A stretch of 64,000 nt of DNA from positions 4,005 to 68,004 of the forward strand of contig JACPQZ010000038.1 of NCBI GenBank assembly GCA_016190205.1, written 5' to 3'. A program made the position numbers and the translations under genes. This document shows, piece after piece, positions 1 to 7,687 of the stretch. How positions within the stretch are numbered: the first letter of the stretch is position 1; each line of letters begins with the position of its first letter. A model generated the notes under the pieces. It ran no database searches. It was not told the DNA's origin and saw only the letters and a program-made list of their open reading frames with translations. The DNA comes from Candidatus Omnitrophota bacterium. GTDB taxonomy: Bacteria; Omnitrophota; JACPQZ01.

Positions 1-147
1 TGCGCGAGGACGTGTATGGGCAAGGCGATCCATTTTGGTGACTTGAGCGATCCGGCGAGCGAGGTGAGCCAGCTCTTGGGGCAGCGCCCATGGGTGCGGC
101 TCAAAGAGGAGCTGGGCACGAGACCATCCGTCTATTATCTGGTGTGA
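1..147 (+). CDS. C-terminal end of a 4Fe-4S ferredoxin-type subunit (PsrB/NrfC-like); the 5' part lies outside the window
   Basis: Frame 1 reads ...CMGKAIHFGDLSDPASEV...YYLV and stops at 145-147. The C-x-G-x-A-x-x-FGD motif is typical of the Fe-S subunit of complex iron-sulfur molybdoenzymes. Confidence 0.4.
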   Translation, partial: CARTCMGKAIHFGDLSDPASEVSQLLGQRPWVRLKEELGTRPSVYYLV

Positions 148-161
148 CGAAGGAGGACCTT

Positions 162-2609
162 ATGCAACTGGATCGACGTCAATTTCTGAAACTGACGGGG
201 CTGGCGGGGGCAGGCCTTCTGGGGGCTGGCGCCCTTACGCCCGCAAAGGCGCGCCTGGGCAAAGGTGCCGGGCAAGGGCCTTTTGCCGAGGGCGCGTGGC
301 TCGCCTCCTGCTGCAACATGTGCGGGGGGCAGACGGGAATCATGTGCCAGGTGGTGGATGGCCGGCTGGTGCGGATTAAACCCAACGTGCATAACCCGAA
401 CGGGTTTTCCAATATCTCGGAGGACTTTTTTGCCAACGCGGCCACGGAGGGAGCGGTCATGTGCCCGAAGGGCAATGCCGGCATCATGGCCCTGTACGAC
501 CCGGACCGTCTAAAAACGCCCTTGCGACGGACTACACCAGAGAAAGGAATTGGCGTTGATCCCGGCTGGAAGGCGATTTCGTGGGAGGAGGCGTACGGCG
601 AAATCGTCTCTCGTCTTAAGGCGCTCCGGGAATCGGGCGAGGCGCACAAGCTTTTGTGGTTCTCGGAGGATCACTCGTTCACCCACGTCCAGGCCGACTT
701 CTGCAAGCTCTACGGGACTCCGAACTACAACATGCATTCCAACCTTTGCGACGTGGGACGGAAGGCCTCCTTCAAGATCCTTATGGGAGACGAACGGCCG
801 CTCATAGACGCGATCAATGCCCGGTACATGCTGATCTTCGGCTGGAACCCCCTTTCTGCAACCAAGTGGGCGCACCTGCCGCGAATCGTGACGCGCGGTA
901 TCGAGCAGGGAGCCAAACTGGTCGTCGTGGACCCTCACCTCTCCTATACCGCCTCCAAGGCCCATGAGTGGATTCCCATCCGCCCGGGGACCGACGGGGC
1001 GCTGGCACTGGCACTGGCCCACGTCATCCTGCGCGACGGGCTCTACGACACGGCATTCGTCAATGAATGGGTCACCGGCTTCGAACCCTTCAAGGACTAC
1101 GTAAAGGATAAAACCCCGCAGTGGGCCGGTGAGATCACCACGGTCCCCGCGGAGCGAATTGAGAAACTGGCAAGAGAATTTGCCGGGACCAAACCTGCCC
1201 TGGTCGACGTATGGTCCGGCACCCACCATTCCAACGGGGTCTATGCCGGGTGGGCCATCGGAGCACTCGCGGCGATCACAGGCAATATAGAGAAGCCCGG
1301 GACTCTGGTCATGCCTGAGGCGAAGGGAGGCAAGCACATTGAAGTCGAGGCTGATGAGACCGCGAAGAATACCTTGAAACAGCCTCGCCTGGACGGCGGC
1401 AAAGACAGGTGGCCCTACTTCCACAAATCAGGCGTGTATACAGAAATTATCAACCGGCTGGGCGACGGAAACACCCCCTACCAACCCAAGATGGCCATGG
1501 TCGTGTTCCAGAACCTTCTCATGTCGGTCATGGGGACGAAGAACGTCGAGAAGGCCCTCAAGACATTGGAGTTCATCGTCGTGGTAGACACCATGATGAG
1601 CGAGACGGCCGAGTTTGCGGACATCGTCCTCCCGGGCACAACGTACCTGGAGCGCTACGACCTCAACACCCACTGGGTGACGTGGCCGGTCGTGGGCTTA
1701 CGGCAGCCGGTCGTTCAACCGCTGTTCGGTCAGCCCGCTGAGAGCGAATTCGTCTGCGAGCTTGGACGCCGGATGGGGCTCAAAGAGGCCAACGGCAACG
1801 ATCTCTTCCGGCTTGGGCGAATGTCCGGCCAAAACATCGAGGACAAGTCCCGTTGGTATGAAGAGTGGCTTAGCAAAGAACTGAAAGAGGGCGAGCCCAA
1901 GATGACGCTGGAGGAACTTAAAAACCTGCCGGGCGCTACATGGGTTAGCACGAAGGGAACGCGGTACCACAAGCATCTGGATGTGATCCCGCCGGAAAAA
2001 ATGGCTGATTCGATTGTGGAAGGCGGGCTTGTCTTCTCCAAGAAGAAAGACGGCTCCAAGGACAAGCCGCTCGGCATGGTGCGGGCCGATGGCACGGCGG
2101 TGCGAGGTTTTCTGACGCCCTCCGGGAAGGTTGAACTCTACGCCGCAAAACACGAGGGTAAGAAAAATGCGGAAGGTGAGCCGCTTAAGCTGCTTCCCGA
2201 GTATGAGCCCAGGCAATGGCAGCCGAGCGCCGAGTACCCCCTCTACTTGATCAACTGGAAAGAGGCTTCACAGACGCACTCCCGCACACAGAACAATGCG
2301 TTCCTGGCCGAGCTCAAGGTAACCGACGGATTGCGGATCAACACCAAGACCGCTGCCTCACTGGGAATCCGTTCCGGCGACTGGATCTGGGTTGAATCCC
2401 CGCATGGCAGGATCAAGATGCGGGCGGAACTTACGGAAGGGATCCATCCGGAGGTGGTCGGTACCCAGCATGGCTGGGGTCACTGGGCAATGGGACGGAC
2501 CGCCAAGGGCCGCGGGGCACATACGGGCTTCCTCGCCCCCACCCAGGCCGATCCCATCTCCGGCCAAGCGCTCAATAAAGAAATCTGCGTCCGGCTCTCC
2601 AAGGCATGA
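162..2609 (+). CDS. Molybdopterin (bis-MGD) oxidoreductase catalytic subunit, DMSO-reductase family (PsrA/PhsA/TtrA/ArrA-like), TAT-exported
   Basis: The ORF track gives 90..2609; the likely true start is the ATG at 162, preceded by a GAAGGAGG RBS. N-terminus has a twin-arginine motif (DRRQFLKLTGLAGAG...AKA). Cys-rich N-terminal FeS motif SCCNMCGG...IMC. 839 aa with MopB-like domain architecture. Confidence 0.8.
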   Translation: MQLDRRQFLKLTGLAGAGLLGAGALTPAKARLGKGAGQGPFAEGAWLASCCNMCGGQTGIMCQVVDGRLVRIKPNVHNPNGFSNISEDFFANAATEGAVMCPKGNAGIMALYDPDRLKTPLRRTTPEKGIGVDPGWKAISWEEAYGEIVSRLKALRESGEAHKLLWFSEDHSFTHVQADFCKLYGTPNYNMHSNLCDVGRKASFKILMGDERPLIDAINARYMLIFGWNPLSATKWAHLPRIVTRGIEQGAKLVVVDPHLSYTASKAHEWIPIRPGTDGALALALAHVILRDGLYDTAFVNEWVTGFEPFKDYVKDKTPQWAGEITTVPAERIEKLAREFAGTKPALVDVWSGTHHSNGVYAGWAIGALAAITGNIEKPGTLVMPEAKGGKHIEVEADETAKNTLKQPRLDGGKDRWPYFHKSGVYTEIINRLGDGNTPYQPKMAMVVFQNLLMSVMGTKNVEKALKTLEFIVVVDTMMSETAEFADIVLPGTTYLERYDLNTHWVTWPVVGLRQPVVQPLFGQPAESEFVCELGRRMGLKEANGNDLFRLGRMSGQNIEDKSRWYEEWLSKELKEGEPKMTLEELKNLPGATWVSTKGTRYHKHLDVIPPEKMADSIVEGGLVFSKKKDGSKDKPLGMVRADGTAVRGFLTPSGKVELYAAKHEGKKNAEGEPLKLLPEYEPRQWQPSAEYPLYLINWKEASQTHSRTQNNAFLAELKVTDGLRINTKTAASLGIRSGDWIWVESPHGRIKMRAELTEGIHPEVVGTQHGWGHWAMGRTAKGRGAHTGFLAPTQADPISGQALNKEICVRLSKA

Positions 2610-3223
2610 TTCAAACCACTGCCACCCGCCCATCTATCACGGCTGGAAACCTGCCGTCCCGGGCCGCGAGTTACCTCGTGTTTGCTCGGCTAATGCGGGA
2701 AGCGCCGTCCACAGATCTTTTGAAATTCATTACAGGGCAGGAGGTCCTGGAGGCTTCGGAGACAGAGAAGGTTGCCGTTCAATACGCCCGCCTTTTTCTG
2801 GTTCCGGGGGATGAGGCCGTTCGGCCCTACGAATCGGTGTACTGCGATGCATTAACCATCGACACGTCCACAGCCTGTTCGCCCTATTTCCCATCCAGCT
2901 CCCACAAGATCAGCCTGAATGGATACCTGGGTGGGCCCTCCAGCACTGCCGTCCGCGAAGTCTACCGTCAAGCCGGTTTGGACCTGGCGCCCGCCAGCCA
3001 TGAACTACCCGACCATCTCGCTATTGAGCTGGAGTTTATGGGACGGCTCTTGGAACGCCGCCAAACAGAGCAGGGCAAGATGTTCTTTCACGACCATCTT
3101 GCCCGCTGGGTGTATGATTGTTTACACCAGATCAAACAAAAGACTGATTCTGGGTTCTACCAAAGCCTTACCGAAAAGCTTGAGCAGTTTTTACTGAGCG
3201 AGCAAGCCCTCTTCTCTACCTGA
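2606..3223 (+). CDS. TorD/DmsD-family redox-enzyme maturation chaperone
   Basis: Start overlaps the upstream stop (ATGA coupling). PDHLAIELEFM and YESVY motifs are typical of the nitrate-reductase-delta/TorD family. Confidence 0.6.
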   Translation: MIQTTATRPSITAGNLPSRAASYLVFARLMREAPSTDLLKFITGQEVLEASETEKVAVQYARLFLVPGDEAVRPYESVYCDALTIDTSTACSPYFPSSSHKISLNGYLGGPSSTAVREVYRQAGLDLAPASHELPDHLAIELEFMGRLLERRQTEQGKMFFHDHLARWVYDCLHQIKQKTDSGFYQSLTEKLEQFLLSEQALFST

Positions 3224-3416
3224 CCTGTCCCCTCACCAATTCCTGCTCGGCCTCGACCCAATCCTGAAGATGGCTGTTCTGGGGTCTCCCCTTGCGCTCC
3301 CAAATTTGATAGGCCCGTTCCCTGATCCTGGCGATCTTCCAGGCAGGATCTTTGGAAGATACCGGCCGTTCCCTTCTTTTTTCCCTGTTTTCGCTGTTCC
3401 AATCCTGAATACCCAT
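3216..3416 (-). CDS. DUF2934-like small protein
   Basis: 66 aa containing IRERAYQIWERKGRPQNSHLQDWVEAEQEL, matching the characteristic RAYEIWEARGRP...DWxEAE signature of DUF2934 proteins. Confidence 0.4.
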   Translation of the reverse strand: MGIQDWNSENREKRRERPVSSKDPAWKIARIRERAYQIWERKGRPQNSHLQDWVEAEQELVRGQVR

Positions 3417-3492
3417 GTCGCACCTCCGAACCTTCAGTATAGCGCCCCGCGTCCTGTTCTTACCATGATGTAGATCATGCGTTAAGTCCGAT

Positions 3493-5136
3493 TCAGGCCC
3501 TAACCAGGCCCCTGGCCTTCAGGCCTACAACCGCTATAAAGGCGATCTCGGCCGCAAAATACGCAATGAGTAGCGGCGGCAGAGGCTTGGCATTTCCGCC
3601 CGCATAACTGTGGAGACCCACGAGATAAAAGCTTACCCCGTAATAGGTCATGAGAAGAAAAAAGAAGCCCGCGATAGTTGCGAGGGCAAAGCCCGCGCCG
3701 CGAATCCATCCGGAGAAGCGGCCGTGGAGCATCGCGATGTACCACAAGAGCGTCACGAGCGCCCACGTCTCCTTGGGGTCCCATCCCCAGTAACGCCCCC
3801 AGGAGGCATTGGCCCACACTGCGCCCAGCATGATCCCGGCCGCCAAGAGCACGATACCCACCTGAAGCGACCGGTAAACCCAAGTGTCGAGAGGCCTCAA
3901 GCCCTCATGGCCCCGGCCATGCACCAGATACATCCCCGCATAGATGTGCGCCATGATCACGCCCAGGGCCAAGGCCCCGTAGCTCGCCACGATCGTAAGG
4001 ACGTGGACCGTGAGCCACAGGTTACTGCGGAGAACCGCCACCACAGGAGAGATGCTGGGGTCAAGCGGCAGGTGATCCGCCAAGAGGAGAGTCACCGCGG
4101 CCAGGATCGATGCGCACAAACCGAAATAACGCACCCTGTAGATCGCCTCAAAAATGATGGCAAGCAAAACGGCCACAAAGGCAAGCCACAGCATGGACTC
4201 GTAAAAATTGGAAACGGGGGGACGCCCCCCCACAATGACGCGCGCGGCGATACCACCTACGTGCATGAGAAATGCGAGCCCCATCCCCAAAAAACCCGCG
4301 CCCGCCAGCCACCGCCCTCCCCACACACAGCTCACCCCCAGGGCCACGGCCGCCATGAGATACGCCCACCGAGCCCACCGGAAAGGACTCAAGCTATGAT
4401 ATAAAACCTCTAGACTTAAGCGCCAGCCGCTCGGATAGTGCGTTGGGCTGGCCGAGGCGAGCTCGGCCTTTAAGACTCGTGCTGTCAGAACGATCTCTTC
4501 ATCCGTCCCGGAGCGAACGCTGTCCACGAAACCCGTCCATGCCGACTTCATGGACTCACCCTTCTTCCACTCATACCCCGCCGGTTCGAGAATGGAAAGC
4601 CAAACGGCCTCCTGGGCGGAGGGCGGCGTAACGAGGTTAAGCTCCTGCTTGGTGAGCTGGTCAAAGGTTACGAAGCGGTTATAGAGGTCCATGGTCTCGT
4701 TTTCAAGCATGGTGAGTTTTTCATTGGCCTGCTGTTTCTCAACGATGGCGGGGAGCATGCGCATAAGCTCCCGCCCGGCCAAGAGCTCTCCAAGCGAGAC
4801 ATGAGTTTTTTTGGGATCTAAGTTCAAGGCCTCGCGCAAGGGACGAAAGGGGACCGAAAGGATTGCCTCCCCGCTCCAGTAGTCCGGGTCGGCCATCATA
4901 GAGAGCACGGCTTGAACAGGATCAAGGTGCCCCACCCGCGGGGAGCCGGTTAAAAGCTCCAGGGTCTCGCGGGCAAAACTATCCAAGGGCTTGACGCGCC
5001 CGCTGTGCTGGATGGGGATGGCTCTTAAGCTTTCGAGGGCCGCGGCAGGCAGGGGTTTGTGGTGAGAAGACCAGGCGAAGGAAGCGGCGAGAACGGTCAT
5101 TGCGAGAGCGAGTCGGAGAATCGGGACCCTCGTCAT
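3493..5136 (-). CDS. ccsA: Cytochrome c biogenesis protein CcsA/ResC (System II heme export/ligation)
   Basis: C-terminal WGRYWGWDPKETWALVTLLWY (WWD domain) and multiple TM helices. The track extends to 5334, but that N-terminal extension is translated across a palindromic repeat element, so the likely start is the ATG at 5136 or 5100. Confidence 0.8.
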   Translation of the reverse strand: MTRVPILRLALAMTVLAASFAWSSHHKPLPAAALESLRAIPIQHSGRVKPLDSFARETLELLTGSPRVGHLDPVQAVLSMMADPDYWSGEAILSVPFRPLREALNLDPKKTHVSLGELLAGRELMRMLPAIVEKQQANEKLTMLENETMDLYNRFVTFDQLTKQELNLVTPPSAQEAVWLSILEPAGYEWKKGESMKSAWTGFVDSVRSGTDEEIVLTARVLKAELASASPTHYPSGWRLSLEVLYHSLSPFRWARWAYLMAAVALGVSCVWGGRWLAGAGFLGMGLAFLMHVGGIAARVIVGGRPPVSNFYESMLWLAFVAVLLAIIFEAIYRVRYFGLCASILAAVTLLLADHLPLDPSISPVVAVLRSNLWLTVHVLTIVASYGALALGVIMAHIYAGMYLVHGRGHEGLRPLDTWVYRSLQVGIVLLAAGIMLGAVWANASWGRYWGWDPKETWALVTLLWYIAMLHGRFSGWIRGAGFALATIAGFFFLLMTYYGVSFYLVGLHSYAGGNAKPLPPLLIAYFAAEIAFIAVVGLKARGLVRA

Positions 5137-5246
5137 TGCGAGCCCCGCATAGCGGGGCGAAGCAATCTCATGAGATCGCCACGGCCGCCTTGGGCGGCCT
5201 CGCGACGCTTCGCGGATTGCTTCGTCGCTCCGCTCCTCGCAATGAC
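5096..5246. repeat. Palindromic MITE/REP-like element (about 150 bp) in the ccsB-ccsA spacer
   Basis: GTCATTGCGAG occurs at 5096 and 5132 and inverted as CTCGCAATGAC at 5236-5246. Nested hairpins CCCCGC-ata-GCGGGG, GCGAAGCAATC/GATTGCTTCG and GGCCGCC-ttg-GGCGGCC are present. Confidence 0.5.
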
Positions 5247-5260
5247 AGGCAGAACGTTTG

Positions 5261-7003
5261 CTATGCATAATTTTTGCTCCCCTTCGAAGTTCGTGCACGC
5301 CTGACAAATAAGGACACGATTCCAACCACCACAATAATAAACCCGGAGTAGACGAGCGGCGTCCCGGGATCGTTCCGGACAGAAAGCACAGTCGTCTGAA
5401 CGGGGCCGTCTATCCAGCTCGACTGAAAGAGGCTAAAGCCGCGGTACTTCAAAGGATTGTTCATGCGGATGGTGCGCTCCAAGGTGACTCCGTTGGAAGG
5501 GTCTGTGAGCGCCACGTCGCTTTCAAAACCCGCCGCCATCTGGGTGCCCGGGTAATCCAATTTTCTAAAATCCTTGAGTGCCACTAAAAAAGGAAGAGGC
5601 CGCTCGGCCTGACGGTACTCTACGAGGACCTTTTCCTGGCCGAGCGCAAGTTCCTTAGTCTCGCCCTGACCCAGCCAGGCCTCACCTCGGTTTTCCCCAT
5701 CTCTCACCATCACATGAATGGCCTCGTTCCGGACCTCATCGCCCTTGTTGGTCATGCTCTCAATAACCTGTGCCTTGGGGTAATGGGCCGCCACTTGAAA
5801 CCTGATGCCGGCCCAGGGGTGCGCATAGTCCTTGCCCGGCTCAACGGCCTCGATCATCTCACGCTCGGCCGCGGCTCCGGTCATGATGGCCGCGAGCTCC
5901 CCTTGCGGCAACTCGAAGAGCACGATGGAATTTGGAGGAAGCGAGGACCCGGCCTCATGTATGTACTCGGCATGCACGTGAATCTTGTACTCGCGCACGT
6001 GGAGCGATGCAAATTCGGGATGGAAGGCAAAAAGGATGTGGGGGTCCGTTCCCTCGGGGCCCGTCAACGTAAAAGCAACGGCCGGGTTTTGGGGTTCGTT
6101 CGAGCGGCTCACCGGACCCGACTCCGAGATCACAAAATCGGCAAAATAGTCCTGGAAGGCAATGGTATAGGGAGTCCCCTCGATAGGCTGGGCTTTTTTA
6201 AGCTCCTCCGGAACCGGCACCTCGACCGTCCGGCTTAAGTCCGGAAACTCGAGTCTCACGACTCCGCGCACATTTTGGGGAATGGCCGCGGGATGAGCCA
6301 TCCGGGCCCACTCCTCGCGTGAGGAGACTTCCATAAAAAGAACGTGCGCATCACCCCAGCCCACGCCGAAGCGCTCCGGGTGCCGGGCGAGAAGCCACAC
6401 GGCATCCTCCACGCCCTCACGTTCGATCATGAGGTGAACCGCGGGATTGGGCGCCTCGCCTCCAGCATTGATTTCCTCCGTCACTTGAGAATTCGGGTAG
6501 TAACGGTCCACCACAAGGTCCATCGTCTTCCCTTCCATTTCAAATGAAAAAAGCGTGTGGGGCTCATGCACCCAGGCCTGCGTCTCGAAGGCGACGGGAA
6601 TCACGTGGTGCGTGCCCGGATTGGGTTTGTGCACCACGATGACGGACTGGGGCACCCTTAACGTATCGTTTTTCTCCCCTTCCGGAATCACAAGCTGGCC
6701 ATCCACCGCCCAAATGCCCCCGGCGATCCCGCCCAAAAGGATAAGGATAATCCCCAGGTGGGCCAATAGAAACGGGGTGTGTGCGCGCTTCCAGGGAAGC
6801 CTCTTGAGCGCGGCGAGCATGAGGTTTACAGCCAAAAACGAGAGAATTCCCTGAAACCACCAGGACTGATAGACAAAGCGCTGCACGGCCGCGGTTCCGA
6901 AGCGGACCTCATAGATCGTGCCCCAGCCCAAGACGCACGCAATCGCGATAATGAGAAAAACCGCGATCCTAAGCGAACCCAGGAGGCTAAAGAGAGTTGT
7001 CAT
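5261..7003 (-). CDS. ccsB: Cytochrome c biogenesis protein CcsB/ResB
   Basis: 580 aa. N-terminal TM helices, a large periplasmic domain, and a C-terminal PLKYRGFSLFQSSWIDG plus final TM typical of ResB. Confidence 0.85.
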   Translation of the reverse strand: MTTLFSLLGSLRIAVFLIIAIACVLGWGTIYEVRFGTAAVQRFVYQSWWFQGILSFLAVNLMLAALKRLPWKRAHTPFLLAHLGIILILLGGIAGGIWAVDGQLVIPEGEKNDTLRVPQSVIVVHKPNPGTHHVIPVAFETQAWVHEPHTLFSFEMEGKTMDLVVDRYYPNSQVTEEINAGGEAPNPAVHLMIEREGVEDAVWLLARHPERFGVGWGDAHVLFMEVSSREEWARMAHPAAIPQNVRGVVRLEFPDLSRTVEVPVPEELKKAQPIEGTPYTIAFQDYFADFVISESGPVSRSNEPQNPAVAFTLTGPEGTDPHILFAFHPEFASLHVREYKIHVHAEYIHEAGSSLPPNSIVLFELPQGELAAIMTGAAAEREMIEAVEPGKDYAHPWAGIRFQVAAHYPKAQVIESMTNKGDEVRNEAIHVMVRDGENRGEAWLGQGETKELALGQEKVLVEYRQAERPLPFLVALKDFRKLDYPGTQMAAGFESDVALTDPSNGVTLERTIRMNNPLKYRGFSLFQSSWIDGPVQTTVLSVRNDPGTPLVYSGFIIVVVGIVSLFVRRARTSKGSKNYA

Positions 7004-7051
7004 GAAGGGATTCTCGGAAGGTTACCTTATATTATAACTCTTTAGATTCTT

Positions 7052-7246
7052 TTAATCAGCACTTTTCTTAGGTCCCAGCGCGGCCAAGATTTCCCGGCGC
7101 TCCGAATAGCGGTGATTAAGATAGAACGCGGATAGCGCCGTTCCCCCCGTCAGGTAAAATGAGCGCGCAAACGCCTCCTCCTTGAAACACGCGTCCAACA
7201 CCGTGCGATGGAGCGGGGTTAAGACTTCCGGCTTTTCGCTGTCCAA
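7052..7246 (-). pseudogene. Truncated N-terminal fragment resembling an AbiEii/DUF1814 nucleotidyltransferase toxin
   Basis: 64 aa with FYLTGGTALSAFYLNHRYSE (compare GGTAL...R.SEDIDF of AbiEii). It stops where the DxD motif would be. It overlaps the upstream 145-aa ORF in another frame. Confidence 0.3.
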
Positions 7247-7656
7247 AGGTCCACCGCCTCCTGCCAGTGACGTTTGACCTTGGGGTCCATCCTAAGTTCA
7301 GGAAGCGCCCTTTTAATTTCGCTTACGCTCAGATAGCTGAAAATCTCTGGCGGCCCAAGCCGGTCCAGGATACGGGCAATCAGCCACTTGCGCTCCTCAA
7401 AGGGAGAGTGCCGAAGGATCTCACGCACCTGGGCCTCGGTAAGATCGTAATCCCAAAGGAAAGAAGGCCTTTCTTTTTCCTTAAACCCGCCCTGGGGAAA
7501 AAGCGCCACCTCCCTCCTCGTGTGAATAAATTCCATAGTCGCCGCGCGCCCCAGGCTGGAGATGGACGTAAAAAGGGGGTTCTTTCGCAAGTAAGATTGA
7601 ATCTCCTTGAGCTCTTGCGGCAAAAACCGCATGGTTACGAGCTTGTTCTTAGTCAC
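7219..7656 (-). CDS. Hypothetical protein (possible partner or remnant of the adjacent truncated toxin-like gene)
   Basis: 145-aa ORF with no recognisable motifs. Confidence 0.25.
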   Translation of the reverse strand: MTKNKLVTMRFLPQELKEIQSYLRKNPLFTSISSLGRAATMEFIHTRREVALFPQGGFKEKERPSFLWDYDLTEAQVREILRHSPFEERKWLIARILDRLGPPEIFSYLSVSEIKRALPELRMDPKVKRHWQEAVDLWTAKSRKS

Positions 7657-7687
7657 ATATATATTGTATTCGATTCGAATACAAAAG

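Noticed and set aside
510-1424. 304-aa minus-strand ORF inside the molybdopterin oxidoreductase gene
   Set aside because: It is antisense to a well-supported CDS and has no recognisable domains.
3610-4404. 264-aa plus-strand ORF and several other 60-130-aa ORFs antisense to ccsA
   Set aside because: They are high-GC antisense frames rich in Arg, Pro and His with no motifs; they are typical shadow ORFs of a GC-rich gene.
5137-5334. N-terminal 66-aa extension of the ccsA ORF (MWWLESCPYLSG...CHCEERSDEAIREASRG...)
   Set aside because: It is translated straight across the palindromic repeat element (GTCATTGCGAG...), so it is unlikely to be coding.
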